IMG/VR virus record: IMGVR_UViG_3300026123_000026
Coordinates: 1-26,204 of that record
From: a virus
Taxonomy: Duplodnaviria; Caudoviricetes
Reading direction: 5' to 3' (one strand)
Length of the DNA: 26,204 nt
This document shows positions 15,901 through 23,810 of the stretch, one piece after another (the first letter of the stretch is position 1; the number at the start of each line of letters is the position of its first letter). Below the pieces are notes generated by a model. It made no database searches. It was not told the DNA's origin and was given only the letters and a program-made list of their open reading frames with translations. The translations under genes and the position numbers were made by a program.

Positions 15901-18236
15901 GTTTCTTTAAGGATTCTATCTCGTTTTTCACCTAAGCCAATATCAATTCTTTTTCTAATATTTCTTGCTAGTTTTGTTACTTGCGGAGCAACCCAATCAG
16001 TTTCAGCATAAGGCCATTCTCTTGATTGGATTTCTGTGTTTCCTACAGTAGGTATAACTTCTGCGCCTGTAACAATATCACCTACAATTTCTTCTAAACG
16101 TTCTAATGCAGCAGAGCTATATTTAAAGTCTTGTTTAGGTGTAAGTGTGCTGTTAGATGCTTTTCTAGGTGATACATTAGTCGATCTAAGTTCATCACCT
16201 AGAATACAACATTCTGCAGGAACTATAATCGGTAACGTTTCATAGTATCTACCTGTTGAAACTTTAATAAGAGTGTTTCTTATTAATCTTGCTGGGATAT
16301 TAGCATCGTTACCTGCAGTAATTGCATCAGTAATAATTTTTACCAGAGATTGTATTTCTGGATATACACTATCTTCTATACGCAATGCACTATCAAAGTA
16401 CTGATCAACTATAGCAGTTGAGTTATCTCCATTAGTTGCTTGGTAATTTACCGATGGAGCAGTTTGGTTTAGTACTGCTTCAATAACTGTTAAACCGTAG
16501 TTAATAGAAGCAACTGTTTCTGCTTCTTGTCCTAGGGTGTAGAAGTTAGATGCTTCATTTACATACTTTAATGCTGCTTCTCTAGTACGAACGTTTCCGC
16601 CGTGAGTAATGTCCCATATAAGTGCATCAACAATATATCCCATATCTCGTTCGCACTTTGCACTATTGTATTCGAAACTAGAAGTAAACGGAGTGTTGTT
16701 TTCTGCAATCTGAAAGTCTGTCCATTCAACAATTTCTCGTTGAATAAATTTTCTGTTAAGTTCTAATAATGTTCTTGCATCAGGATTTTTAGCACCGTTT
16801 TCTACTTGCTCTGTTGCATATCTGATACTTTTCCATGGACGGTCAATAGTTTGTCCATATTCTGGCGCAGGCTGATCTTTACCGTGTTCTGCAACATAAT
16901 AAACGTCTTCAACTGCGCCTAAGAAAGTCCATTCTGGTAAACTATCTGCATTTGCTGTTAGTACTTGACCATCTCGACCAATTGGTAATCTTGTTGGTGC
17001 GCTACCACTATAGTATACCATATCGCCTGTAGTAGTTAGAACACTTTGTTCTGTGCCTACTGCAAGAATACTCCAGTACTGACCGCTGTCTGCTGAGTCA
17101 GGACGCGAACCTTCTGCGCCGGTGCTTAGTGATGAATAGTCGTCTCCTTCTGAAATGTGTGCTTTAATACATACGTAAGAGTTATCACCGAAACGAACAA
17201 CATCTCCTTCAACATATTCCTGATCGTCTATCCATTCTCCGCGCCATTCAAACCCACTATTTAATCTAGACCAGTAAGTTGCATTCGGTGGTTGTTGATT
17301 TTGGTTATCTAAGATACAGCGATAAGTAAATCCGCCCAATCTAACAACATCACCTACAAGATATTCGAAGTTTGAGCTATCTTCATTCCAGTCACCTAAG
17401 AAACGTAAACCTTCTGAGAAAATATCCCAATCTGTTGTTGAGTCAATTGGTTTAATAGCAGTGTTATCTGTCTTTGAAATATATTGGTTGCCGCCGTATT
17501 GCACAACATCACCTGGTTGATATTGTACTTGAACTTCCCATTCATTTTCGTATTGGAAGCCATCGACAAACTTTTCAAACTTATCGGAATTATCAGCAAA
17601 GTTTGTAGTCGATGTATGTGCAACAACGTTAATCCAAAGACCAGCACCATATCTAACTACATCATTTAGTTTATATCTAACAAATGGTGCCCATGAAGAT
17701 TTATAATCAAATCCGTTATTAAATGCTTGCCACTTATCAAGATCAACTTCAAGGCCGTCAGCTTCGGTAGCAGAAGATATATGAGTTTCTATACATACAT
17801 AAGTGCTTCCGCCATACTTAACAAAGTCATTTAGTTTGTAATTTGTTTCTGTAGACCAGTTTCCTTTCCAGTCTAACCCTTCTGCAAAAATATCCCAAAA
17901 ACCTAAATCATTTTCGATAAAAACTGTTGAATCTTCAGCAGATGTATGATTTGTTTTACATATATAAAGTCTTGCACCATACTTAACAATGTCATCGTAA
18001 ATGTATGATGTTTGCGGTTGCCAATCTCCCTTCCAAGATTGACCGTCTGATACTAGATTCCATTTAGATGGAATAATGTCTAGATCTGTAAAGAAATCTG
18101 CTGAACTAGAATGTCCTAATACACAAATGTATACTTTGCCACCAAAAGAGATAACATCGTCTTTGTAGTATGTAAAGTCGGAAGCCCAATCTCCCTTCCA
18201 AACAAATCTAATTCGTCCTAATTTAAATTCTGCCAT
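9960..18236 (-). CDS. Giant multidomain virion/fibre protein (2758 aa): 7 CBM5/12-like repeats, probable beta-helix, 6 phycobiliprotein-like helical repeats, Asp-box-like propeller
   Basis: Uninterrupted 8.3 kb ORF with GGAG RBS; collinear paralogue of 18284..23797 (MAEFKL.R..WKGDW, GDELRST, SLDPGWGPDD.RVWI..RSPY, GRAELVSVFTYY, GHDFLDIGTGNF, DQDGNFR). Confidence 0.85.
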   Translation of the reverse strand: MAEFKLGRIRFVWKGDWASDFTYYKDDVISFGGKVYICVLGHSSSADFFTDLDIIPSKWNLVSDGQSWKGDWQPQTSYIYDDIVKYGARLYICKTNHTSAEDSTVFIENDLGFWDIFAEGLDWKGNWSTETNYKLNDFVKYGGSTYVCIETHISSATEADGLEVDLDKWQAFNNGFDYKSSWAPFVRYKLNDVVRYGAGLWINVVAHTSTTNFADNSDKFEKFVDGFQYENEWEVQVQYQPGDVVQYGGNQYISKTDNTAIKPIDSTTDWDIFSEGLRFLGDWNEDSSNFEYLVGDVVRLGGFTYRCILDNQNQQPPNATYWSRLNSGFEWRGEWIDDQEYVEGDVVRFGDNSYVCIKAHISEGDDYSSLSTGAEGSRPDSADSGQYWSILAVGTEQSVLTTTGDMVYYSGSAPTRLPIGRDGQVLTANADSLPEWTFLGAVEDVYYVAEHGKDQPAPEYGQTIDRPWKSIRYATEQVENGAKNPDARTLLELNRKFIQREIVEWTDFQIAENNTPFTSSFEYNSAKCERDMGYIVDALIWDITHGGNVRTREAALKYVNEASNFYTLGQEAETVASINYGLTVIEAVLNQTAPSVNYQATNGDNSTAIVDQYFDSALRIEDSVYPEIQSLVKIITDAITAGNDANIPARLIRNTLIKVSTGRYYETLPIIVPAECCILGDELRSTNVSPRKASNSTLTPKQDFKYSSAALERLEEIVGDIVTGAEVIPTVGNTEIQSREWPYAETDWVAPQVTKLARNIRKRIDIGLGEKRDRILKETHEMGSRREYGVARDLNLLNKDFIKEEIIAFIADQYPTIKYSKTKCRQDVGFIIDSVVYDLIYGGNWQSINAGLAYFNGTNGVLQIAASEKAATLAAYTRLRELMQTVARNIVVTPTYQTTVSQYTGFEGASITVSNTIDDLFDAIDTIIDQGPDNAPATVFPTTAGVSSTLVTESTNIDNIKSTVQELTIDFINANFGSFKYNSAKCRRDLTNIITDLAFDVALGTNYNATFNGIAYQRPNNAYNLEVQRVETVGAIRRARDLLSVELGDGNSNDRLRAGFDEIVNIINDGTLGEAMPGDGVVDALVLPTPAGVDQNRLDAKNNLQANIEFMKADVIAYITQNYGGLTYDSAKCARDVEYIVNAQSYDILYGGTMATTRIAESYFVNGTIQVEGQTVETAAAYNHLASIMAQIVQESSVTAQPGNTELQTTLGSPASATEAAEVQANVELISDVIDGTTTLAAVQAARTFPSVTWADAEFQTAKSDIDTARPQVILDTIQYITDTYNDFNYNHAKCSRDLGLIIDAARYDWMLGSNFASMQAAYSYLRQPSSKVVGDQKTATIAANEFARQYILNNNIITDSTAIAGLNNTWEWIDDTIFAGSAEGGNNQVDDEEVYNAVRQLELNKEFIVKELTSHVNNKFRDTVVRTEDSSANIINITDTSWLEINMPIRFVNPEDSTNAVANAGLDIENVYYVTEITGPTSFTCSLTPGGFPPVLTVHEEEFFVETTYEYNEDICARDIRTYIDAIKWDLVWPQEWKREYTDGVTLYRPGCYKTRLAARYYVNSVIGSQEEDMYYLRNGTGLRLQTVEGLQGDLTAENEFGTSRVTAGAYASLDPGWGPDDQRVWITARSPYVQNLTTFGYAATGQRIDGALHNGGNDSIVSNDFTQVISDGIGAHILNNGRAELVSVFTYYSYIGYLAETGGRIRATNGNNSYGTYGSVAEGVDPDETPVTAIVDNSTQYNATIGLVNTNNDQLLNLEFNHAGNNYTEALIEIFGPGDNEEIVTDEFRDDSVFQARVLDSGDENIQTGGKGYVIVSNTAQAGDASSITLAATDGNLSSAYPGMKILITGGAGIGQYAIVDTYNAGTKVATVVKESDRTAGWDHMVPGTPIVNPNSTSTYEIEPAISIAPPIRTSVTSNSIPSGDYSAIHYVETSAQYTNVATLTESDGRNVTFDVTRNGSKYYLTLNAAGSGYSRLDTVTILGTSVGGATPLNDITVTLTSINPVNGSVVDFDFNGIGQKGVFVALENSNTGGAYSVDGNTWVDNSLPDAGATNVWSNLASGLVDDGSSTFKQSAVVAVSQGGPAAYSQDGINWTSVALPGTFATAGATAIAFGQITVNTGRFVAISANDSDVVYSDNGGQSWQSVASPLTGTNYTALTYGKGLFVALRANTNDTMYSEDGIIWSGGVGLPNSSWVDIQFGNGRFVAIAETGVAAYSLDGKTWVQSDLPGITSYARIAYGQGVFVVSSNAAGTAPIYSEDGINWSNDISFGGFTGSGTKSIAFGNPNRVGKFIITSNGASTEIAELRIGARAKARASVANEQIFAIRMLEPGSGYVAGERKLEAGTNYTEVGTATATSFVLDFTDPSLVEEITSLAVGTNVQYLVAGGGYGTGDVVSITSNGLRVTVTLTNIVDFAPNSGAGIDEVIYDISAEPAIAVTDPNNIDDVVLQTRVGKGALANPTFVSRGDGFISATAEINANESNGEANFLQDGSFIAVRRLSERPVSGSNIEFGNLPGRFFKLVNTVSFIGQNDGSYTAFLQISPSMPLEDVLPDGDDVTMRIRFSQVRLTGHDFLDIGTGNFDDTNYPNDVYGEPVNAPNQANETYGADGGRVFFTATDQDGNFRVGDLFSIEQATGVATLDAEAFNIAGLQELTLGEVTLGGNSASISEFSTDPFFTANSDSVVPTQRAVKAYIEAQIGGGGASLNVNSVTAGDIFIGGNQITTVSGEPITIKANVVFEGTVLGLPLAYNYFLR
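11430..12130 (-). repeat. Asp-box/BNR-like repeats (probable beta-propeller)
   Basis: YSVDGNTW, YSQDGINW, YSDNGGQSW, YSEDGIIW, YSLDGKTW and YSEDGINW, interleaved with (Y/F)GxGxFV strands. Confidence 0.7.
13640..16800 (-). repeat. Six helical repeats with (K/I)C-x-(R/Q)-D motif resembling the phycobiliprotein globin fold
   Basis: KCERDMGY (Cys ~16654), KCRQDVGF (~15766), KCRRDLTN (~15280), KCARDVEY (~14839), KCSRDLGL (~14353) and ICARDIRT (~13687). Confidence 0.7.
17075..18205 (-). repeat. Seven CBM5/12 (chitin-binding type 3)-like repeats of about 50 aa
   Basis: Pattern (W/F/Y)xxxW-x5-Y-x2-(G/N/D)D-x-V-x-(Y/F)G-x3-Y-x-C counted 7 times; boundaries approximate. Confidence 0.7.
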
Positions 18237-18246
18237 TTTGTTTTAA

Positions 18247-18265
18247 CTCCGTTAAAGTATTTATC
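18247..18265 (-). promoter_or_regulatory. Putative T4-type late promoter (gATAAATA) plus GGAG Shine-Dalgarno upstream of the 2758 aa gene
   Basis: The minus strand reads ...aaaGATAAATActttaacGGAGttaaaacaaaATG in the largest intergenic gap of the operon (47 nt); 7/8 match to the T4 late consensus TATAAATA. Confidence 0.55.
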
Positions 18266-18283
18266 TTTAAATTTGATGTTGGT

Positions 18284-21200
18284 TTATTGTATGGTATCAT
18301 TGATGCTCCTAAAATACAACATTTGTGATATTATTGTTCCGCTAACATTTGTTTTCTTTCCAAATTCGTCTTCGCCGTCGAACACTACATCTACAGGAAT
18401 TACAATGTTCCTGTCTGCTGAATGTTCAATTCTGTTTTCTTCGCTACCTACTTGTACAAATCCTGCTCTAATATCGTTTGTTTCTAAGTTTTCGCCGCCA
18501 ACCGATAGTCTATCTGCAAGGAATGTTGCAATAGCTCTTTGTGTAGGTACTACGTTGTTAGTGTCTTCACTCATTGTAGGATCAGTTGAGAATTCTCTAA
18601 CTACTGCTCCTGAACCACCAAGTCTTACACCACCTAATGATAATTCTGAAAGACCATCTAATTCAAAGAACTCTGCGCTAATTGTAACGATACCAGTCGC
18701 CTGTTGTACACTAAACAATTCGCCTGTTCTAAAGTTACCATCTTGGTCTGAACTTACATAGAATACTCGTCCGCCATTAGTTTCAAGCACTTCGTTTTCC
18801 GGAGCAGCAAGGAAGTAATTTCCGTCTGCGTATATTTCCGGATAATTAGTTTCTTCAAAGTTACCAGTTCCGATATCTAGGAAATCGTGTCCTGAGATTC
18901 GACATTGCGAATAACGTTCTCTTAAGAAAACTTGTGTTCCGTGTTCTAGATTGTATTCGTTATCTAATGACGGACTGATTGTAAATCGTACTAGTCTTGT
19001 TTGTTGTCCTGAACCGTCATCACCTAAATCTTCTACAGCAACACCTGCAAACAACAACAGATCATCTGGATCTTGAGTGTTCAAGTCTTCTATACCAGCA
19101 ATCCTAATTTGCACACCAACACCTGGAACAGTAACACAACCTGAAATAGTAAGGGTGTTTCCTTCCGGAATAATATCAGCATATCCGTCACCTGAGATTG
19201 TAATTTCTGATGTACTTGTTCTATAACCTGTACCTCTATTTACAAAATTAGGTTGAGCTAAGACTCCGTTACTTAATCGTAAATCTATTTCAACCTCCGA
19301 AATAAACTGATTATCCGTAACTGTTACTACTGGTGGTGTTCCTACATATCCACTACCTGGATCCCAAATTTTAACAGTTTGGAATTTTCCTTGGAACACA
19401 TCAGCTCTAAGTTTAGCTTGTGCGCCAGTAACTATATGTTCTACTGCCTGACTAGTTTGATCATCAGCTAGTGCAATCCAAGTTGGAATTTCATTAATAG
19501 TAGCAAAAGTTAATGCAGTCCAACGCTGGCTTGTGCTGAGATTTCTTTCATATAACTTTAATCCATCTTCTGTAGTAATACATCTACTAACAGGTGTATT
19601 TTCGTTATCAGTGTTTGATATTGCAAAGAACACACCTTGAGAAAACTTAAATTGACTAAATGTAAACGACAGAGTTACAATTCCAGTATCTGGTCCTCTG
19701 TCCTCATCTATAGTCGGAATAGTTGTTCCTTGATACCATGTTTCTCCATCTAAAGAATAAACTATAATACCATCTGACGACAATCCGATAATCCTGTTAT
19801 TTCCTGATTCTAGACCAATAAAGTCATAATCTTGCCCAATATCTGGAAGTGCATTATCTAGTCGTTCCCATGTTATCCCGTCTTCTGAAATAGCAACACT
19901 TCTATCATTGTTCGAAACTGCTACAAATTTACCAAAGGAATATGTTACTCCTGCCCAAGATGCAATAGTACTATCGCCTACAGTATCTTCAGGTATCTGA
20001 GTGTCGTTCCATGTTAAACCGTCTTCGCTATAAACTACATCGTCAGAGTTACTAGATACAATAACAAACTTTCCATCTGCATATACACCGTCTGACCAAG
20101 AAGCACTTAATGGCAAACTTCTTGATACCCATTCTTCACCTGTTGCAGAGTATGCAATTCTATTTTGATTTCTAGGAATAGCAACAAATCTATTCATTCC
20201 GGAAATTACTTTAGTCCAATTTCCTACAAACGGTAACGTAATTTCGTTCCAGCTTTGTCCGTCTTCGCCCCAATATGCAAAGTTAGGCTGCGCTAAAGCA
20301 ACAAACCTAGGCAATCCTGGAGATCCTGTAAACGTAAATTCATCTATACTATTTGTACTATCATCAGTTACAGACTGTACTGTAATAACAATATCATTTT
20401 CTGGTGAAAGTTCGTTAAATAGCGTTCCAGAAAGTGTAATATTATCACCTGCACGATAGCCTACTCCAGGATCATTAACTGTAACTTCATATACTGATCC
20501 GTTTCTAACTACATTAAATGTTGCCGGTTCTGCTAGTAGATCTAAACTTGAACCAGATCCCTGTTGTCCTTGAATATTAAAAAATTGTCTATATATATTT
20601 CCGTATGTAACATCTGCAAAAGTTCGATTAGTCGGAAAAGAATACGATTCAGAACTAAATCCGGGATGTGTTACACTTATTCTAGGCTCAATTCGATAAA
20701 CTGCGGTGCTATCTAAATCGGTTACTAACGGTGTTCCCGGAATAAGGTGGTCCCAGCCAAGAGTATCATCCGACTCTTTAGATACAGTTATTTCTTTTAA
20801 AACTGGATCATAACCAGATATATATCCGTATTGACCTACACCCTTGCCGGAAATTATTATTACTCTCATTCCGGTAATTTCTTCTTCAAATTGGGTTGGA
20901 TCAGACTGTGACAATTTAAGTGTATTTGTTGCGTCTGCTGTTATTTGTGCAGAACCTTGTCTTACTAGATAGTTACTTCCTCCCTGTGATCCTGAACCAG
21001 AAGTGTTTATTAATCTAGCATTAAAGATTGCTTTATCTCTAAAGTCATTAAATTCGACACTAGCAAATTCACCAGCACCTACAATAGAAGCAGAAGCATT
21101 TGTATAATGTTCACCTGCATTGGCATATTCAAATATTAAAATCTCATCAGTTGTGCCGCCAGCAAATGCTGTTTCAACTTGTGCTTCGTTATTTCTATTC

Positions 21201-23797
21201 ATTACAGTACATGTTTGTGGTACTTCGTCAGGATCGTTTCCGGATGCAACAGATCCAAAACTTCCATAAGAATTGTTACCGTTTGTAGCACGAATAATGC
21301 CGCCGTCTTCTGCAAAATAACCTACTTGGCAGTAATATGTGAATACAGATACAAGTTCTGCTCTACCGTTATTAGAAACCCAAGCTCCAATACCATCACT
21401 TAACACTTGTGTAAAATCGTTAGCAGTCATTGACTTGTTACCACCGTTGTGTAGATTACCGTCAACTTTCATGCCCACGCAACGATCTCCTATATTCGTT
21501 ACACCTTGAATGTAAGGAGACCTATTGTTGATCCAAACACGATCGTCGTCTGGGCCCCATCCTGGATCTAAGCTAACACACGCACCGCCTGTAGGTCGTT
21601 GATACAAGTCAAATACTCCGGGCGGATTTAACGCTCCAGTTAGACCTTCTGTAGTCATATTTCTTAAACCAGTAGTGTCTCTCATATAAAAGATATCGTC
21701 ATTTTGAGAACCAGTTACTGCATTAGTATACCTTCTAGCACTTTGTAAAGTAAAGTAATCGCCTGACACAAGTCTTAAATCTTTGTAAATACCTCTAATA
21801 AAAGATTTAACATCGGATTTAATTCTTGTTTCATTCCATGTAATTTCTGGATACGTTGTTTTTAAATATTCTAGAATTTCTTTTGCAAGAAACACTCGAT
21901 TTAATTCAAGAGCAGTACTTGCATTACGTAAAAATGCATCTTGTGTTGGTGTATTTGTTCCTTCAAACGGAGGATCTACTTCGCCGTCGGCAATTCTAAA
22001 TGTTACATACTGTTTCCATATTTCTGCTAATTCAACAATTCGGTTTGCAGCATCTAAGCTAGTTGGCGGCAAATCAATTACTTGTTCTTCAGTGTTGTTT
22101 TCTGATTTTTCAATAATATTGCCATTAATAACGTCAAACAATATCGAGTAAAAGTAATCAATGTAATCATCCACATATTGATAGTCATTTTGATATTCAT
22201 CAATAGGTGGAGTTGCTACCACCGTAGTAGATCTTAATTCATCACCGACTATTGCACAACCTGCATTAACAACAATTGGTCCAATTTCTTCGTATCTGCC
22301 AGTTGATACTGATATCTTAACTGGTCTGCCAGGAGCAAAAGTATCTTCAACGTATTCAGCTGCATACTTAATAGTTTTAAACGGCCTTGATAAAGATGTT
22401 CCGTATCCTTCGTCGTCGACACCTGTGTATGCAGAAACATATACAACATCTGCATCATTTAGTCTAGTACGCCAGAACACTTCTAAGTCTGGACTTACAG
22501 ATAACACCTGTCCCGGAGTACCTATCGGTACCCGTGTGTCGCTCAATGTGCTTCCGTCACCGACGTTTTCCCTTGACAATCCGTAAGTTAATAGGTCGCC
22601 TTTGTCGTGTAACCCGCCCGGTGCGCCAGATTGGATTAAGACATCCCAGTAATCATATATGTTACCGTTATCTCCTGGGAAGTTTTCATTTGAAGCAACA
22701 TGTTCGAAATTACATCTGTAAGCAGTGCCTAAATGATATACTACATCGCCTACTGAATACAGATTATTTGTATTCCAATTTCCAGAGTATTTTTTACCTG
22801 GTATAATTAATTCCCAAATTTCAGGGTCTAAATAGTCTATCGACGATCCGTCATCGTTGGCTTCGCCTATGTCTCGTTTAGCAATATACAACATGCCGCC
22901 GCGCTGGACAACATCTCCAGTTCTATAACTACTTTCAACAGACCACTCGCCTTTAAGATTATAACTTTTAGAAAGTACTATCCAATTAGATGTACTATCG
23001 TTAAATGTTTCATCAGGATTACTGTCTATATTATTGTTAACTGCTAGATAACTAATTCCGCCATATCTTACAATATCACCTTCGTTATAAATTGTTTCCG
23101 AATCCCATTCTAATTCGTTTTGAAATCCAGGAAATTCTAAAACAAAATGATCTTCTGAAAATTCATTAGTAGAGGTATGCGTATTTGTACACTTAAATAA
23201 AGATCCGCCATACTTAACAATATCGTTTACACGATATTCTTCATCCGGTCTCCAACTACTTTGGTAAAGTACTCCTTCAAAAAACACTTCCCAATCGTCT
23301 ATATTATCTTCTAAAGTTGTCTGTGAAGTATGTGCTACTAAACATTTGTATACTATTCCGTTATACTTAACAATTGCACCATGACCATAAGTAGTATCGG
23401 CTTCCCAGTTACCTACAAATTTAATACCTTTAGTGAATGTTTCCCAATTATCTGCGTCACTAGCAAAGTCTGATGATACATGTGTTCCAGTACATAACCA
23501 TAATGTTCCGTAGTATAAAACAATATCTCCTAGATTGTATGCAGTGCCAGTTTGCCAGTCACCTATAAAACTCTTACCGCTAGTCATTAGAATCCATCTA
23601 GGTTGTAATTGCGGTGGATCTGAATTCGGCAAGATTGCATTTAAATCTTGCCCAAACGTTGCACTTGATGTATGAGTTAGTACACAAACAAATGTCTTAC
23701 CGTTAACTCTTACTATGTCGTCTCTTTTATATTCTAACCCAGACTGCCAATCGCCTTTCCAGTTATACTTAAATCTATCTAACTTAAACTCTGCCAT
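18284..23797 (-). CDS. Giant multidomain virion/fibre protein (1837 aa), paralogue of the downstream 2758 aa gene
   Basis: Same architecture and shared motifs as 9960..18236 but lacks most of the central helical repeat region; GAGG RBS upstream. Confidence 0.85.
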   Translation of the reverse strand: MAEFKLDRFKYNWKGDWQSGLEYKRDDIVRVNGKTFVCVLTHTSSATFGQDLNAILPNSDPPQLQPRWILMTSGKSFIGDWQTGTAYNLGDIVLYYGTLWLCTGTHVSSDFASDADNWETFTKGIKFVGNWEADTTYGHGAIVKYNGIVYKCLVAHTSQTTLEDNIDDWEVFFEGVLYQSSWRPDEEYRVNDIVKYGGSLFKCTNTHTSTNEFSEDHFVLEFPGFQNELEWDSETIYNEGDIVRYGGISYLAVNNNIDSNPDETFNDSTSNWIVLSKSYNLKGEWSVESSYRTGDVVQRGGMLYIAKRDIGEANDDGSSIDYLDPEIWELIIPGKKYSGNWNTNNLYSVGDVVYHLGTAYRCNFEHVASNENFPGDNGNIYDYWDVLIQSGAPGGLHDKGDLLTYGLSRENVGDGSTLSDTRVPIGTPGQVLSVSPDLEVFWRTRLNDADVVYVSAYTGVDDEGYGTSLSRPFKTIKYAAEYVEDTFAPGRPVKISVSTGRYEEIGPIVVNAGCAIVGDELRSTTVVATPPIDEYQNDYQYVDDYIDYFYSILFDVINGNIIEKSENNTEEQVIDLPPTSLDAANRIVELAEIWKQYVTFRIADGEVDPPFEGTNTPTQDAFLRNASTALELNRVFLAKEILEYLKTTYPEITWNETRIKSDVKSFIRGIYKDLRLVSGDYFTLQSARRYTNAVTGSQNDDIFYMRDTTGLRNMTTEGLTGALNPPGVFDLYQRPTGGACVSLDPGWGPDDDRVWINNRSPYIQGVTNIGDRCVGMKVDGNLHNGGNKSMTANDFTQVLSDGIGAWVSNNGRAELVSVFTYYCQVGYFAEDGGIIRATNGNNSYGSFGSVASGNDPDEVPQTCTVMNRNNEAQVETAFAGGTTDEILIFEYANAGEHYTNASASIVGAGEFASVEFNDFRDKAIFNARLINTSGSGSQGGSNYLVRQGSAQITADATNTLKLSQSDPTQFEEEITGMRVIIISGKGVGQYGYISGYDPVLKEITVSKESDDTLGWDHLIPGTPLVTDLDSTAVYRIEPRISVTHPGFSSESYSFPTNRTFADVTYGNIYRQFFNIQGQQGSGSSLDLLAEPATFNVVRNGSVYEVTVNDPGVGYRAGDNITLSGTLFNELSPENDIVITVQSVTDDSTNSIDEFTFTGSPGLPRFVALAQPNFAYWGEDGQSWNEITLPFVGNWTKVISGMNRFVAIPRNQNRIAYSATGEEWVSRSLPLSASWSDGVYADGKFVIVSSNSDDVVYSEDGLTWNDTQIPEDTVGDSTIASWAGVTYSFGKFVAVSNNDRSVAISEDGITWERLDNALPDIGQDYDFIGLESGNNRIIGLSSDGIIVYSLDGETWYQGTTIPTIDEDRGPDTGIVTLSFTFSQFKFSQGVFFAISNTDNENTPVSRCITTEDGLKLYERNLSTSQRWTALTFATINEIPTWIALADDQTSQAVEHIVTGAQAKLRADVFQGKFQTVKIWDPGSGYVGTPPVVTVTDNQFISEVEIDLRLSNGVLAQPNFVNRGTGYRTSTSEITISGDGYADIIPEGNTLTISGCVTVPGVGVQIRIAGIEDLNTQDPDDLLLFAGVAVEDLGDDGSGQQTRLVRFTISPSLDNEYNLEHGTQVFLRERYSQCRISGHDFLDIGTGNFEETNYPEIYADGNYFLAAPENEVLETNGGRVFYVSSDQDGNFRTGELFSVQQATGIVTISAEFFELDGLSELSLGGVRLGGSGAVVREFSTDPTMSEDTNNVVPTQRAIATFLADRLSVGGENLETNDIRAGFVQVGSEENRIEHSADRNIVIPVDVVFDGEDEFGKKTNVSGTIISQMLYFRSINDTIQ
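19550..20280 (-). repeat. Asp-box/BNR-like repeats (probable beta-propeller)
   Basis: WGEDGQSW, YSATGEEW, YSEDGLTW, ISEDGITW, YSLDGETW and TTEDGLKL. Confidence 0.7.
22640..23765 (-). repeat. Seven CBM5/12-like repeats of about 50 aa
   Basis: Same pattern counted 7 times in the paralogue; boundaries approximate. Confidence 0.7.
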
Positions 23798-23810
23798 TTA
23801 TAAAAACCTC

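Noticed and set aside
13640-16800. Calling the helical repeats bona fide cpcA/apcA auxiliary metabolic genes
   Set aside because: Similarity is limited to motif level, the N-terminal X/Y helices of phycobiliproteins were not recognised, and the repeats are internal to a structural protein; reported as a hypothesis only.
18273-18761. 162 aa + strand ORF, and similar ones at 2114..2557, 5149..5469, 10618..11061 and 25391..25675
   Set aside because: They lie antisense within long, motif-bearing - strand genes and have no recognisable protein features.
13096-21367. 37-bp and 23-bp direct repeats as CRISPR repeats or att sites
   Set aside because: Only two copies each, in-frame within homologous coding segments; no spacer array, cas gene or integrase.
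9960-23797. Intein, intron or programmed frameshift explaining the size difference of the giant genes
   Set aside because: No intein termini (C/S...HN-C/S/T) or LAGLIDADG/HNH motifs recognised; both ORFs are continuous, and the extra length is the helical repeat array.
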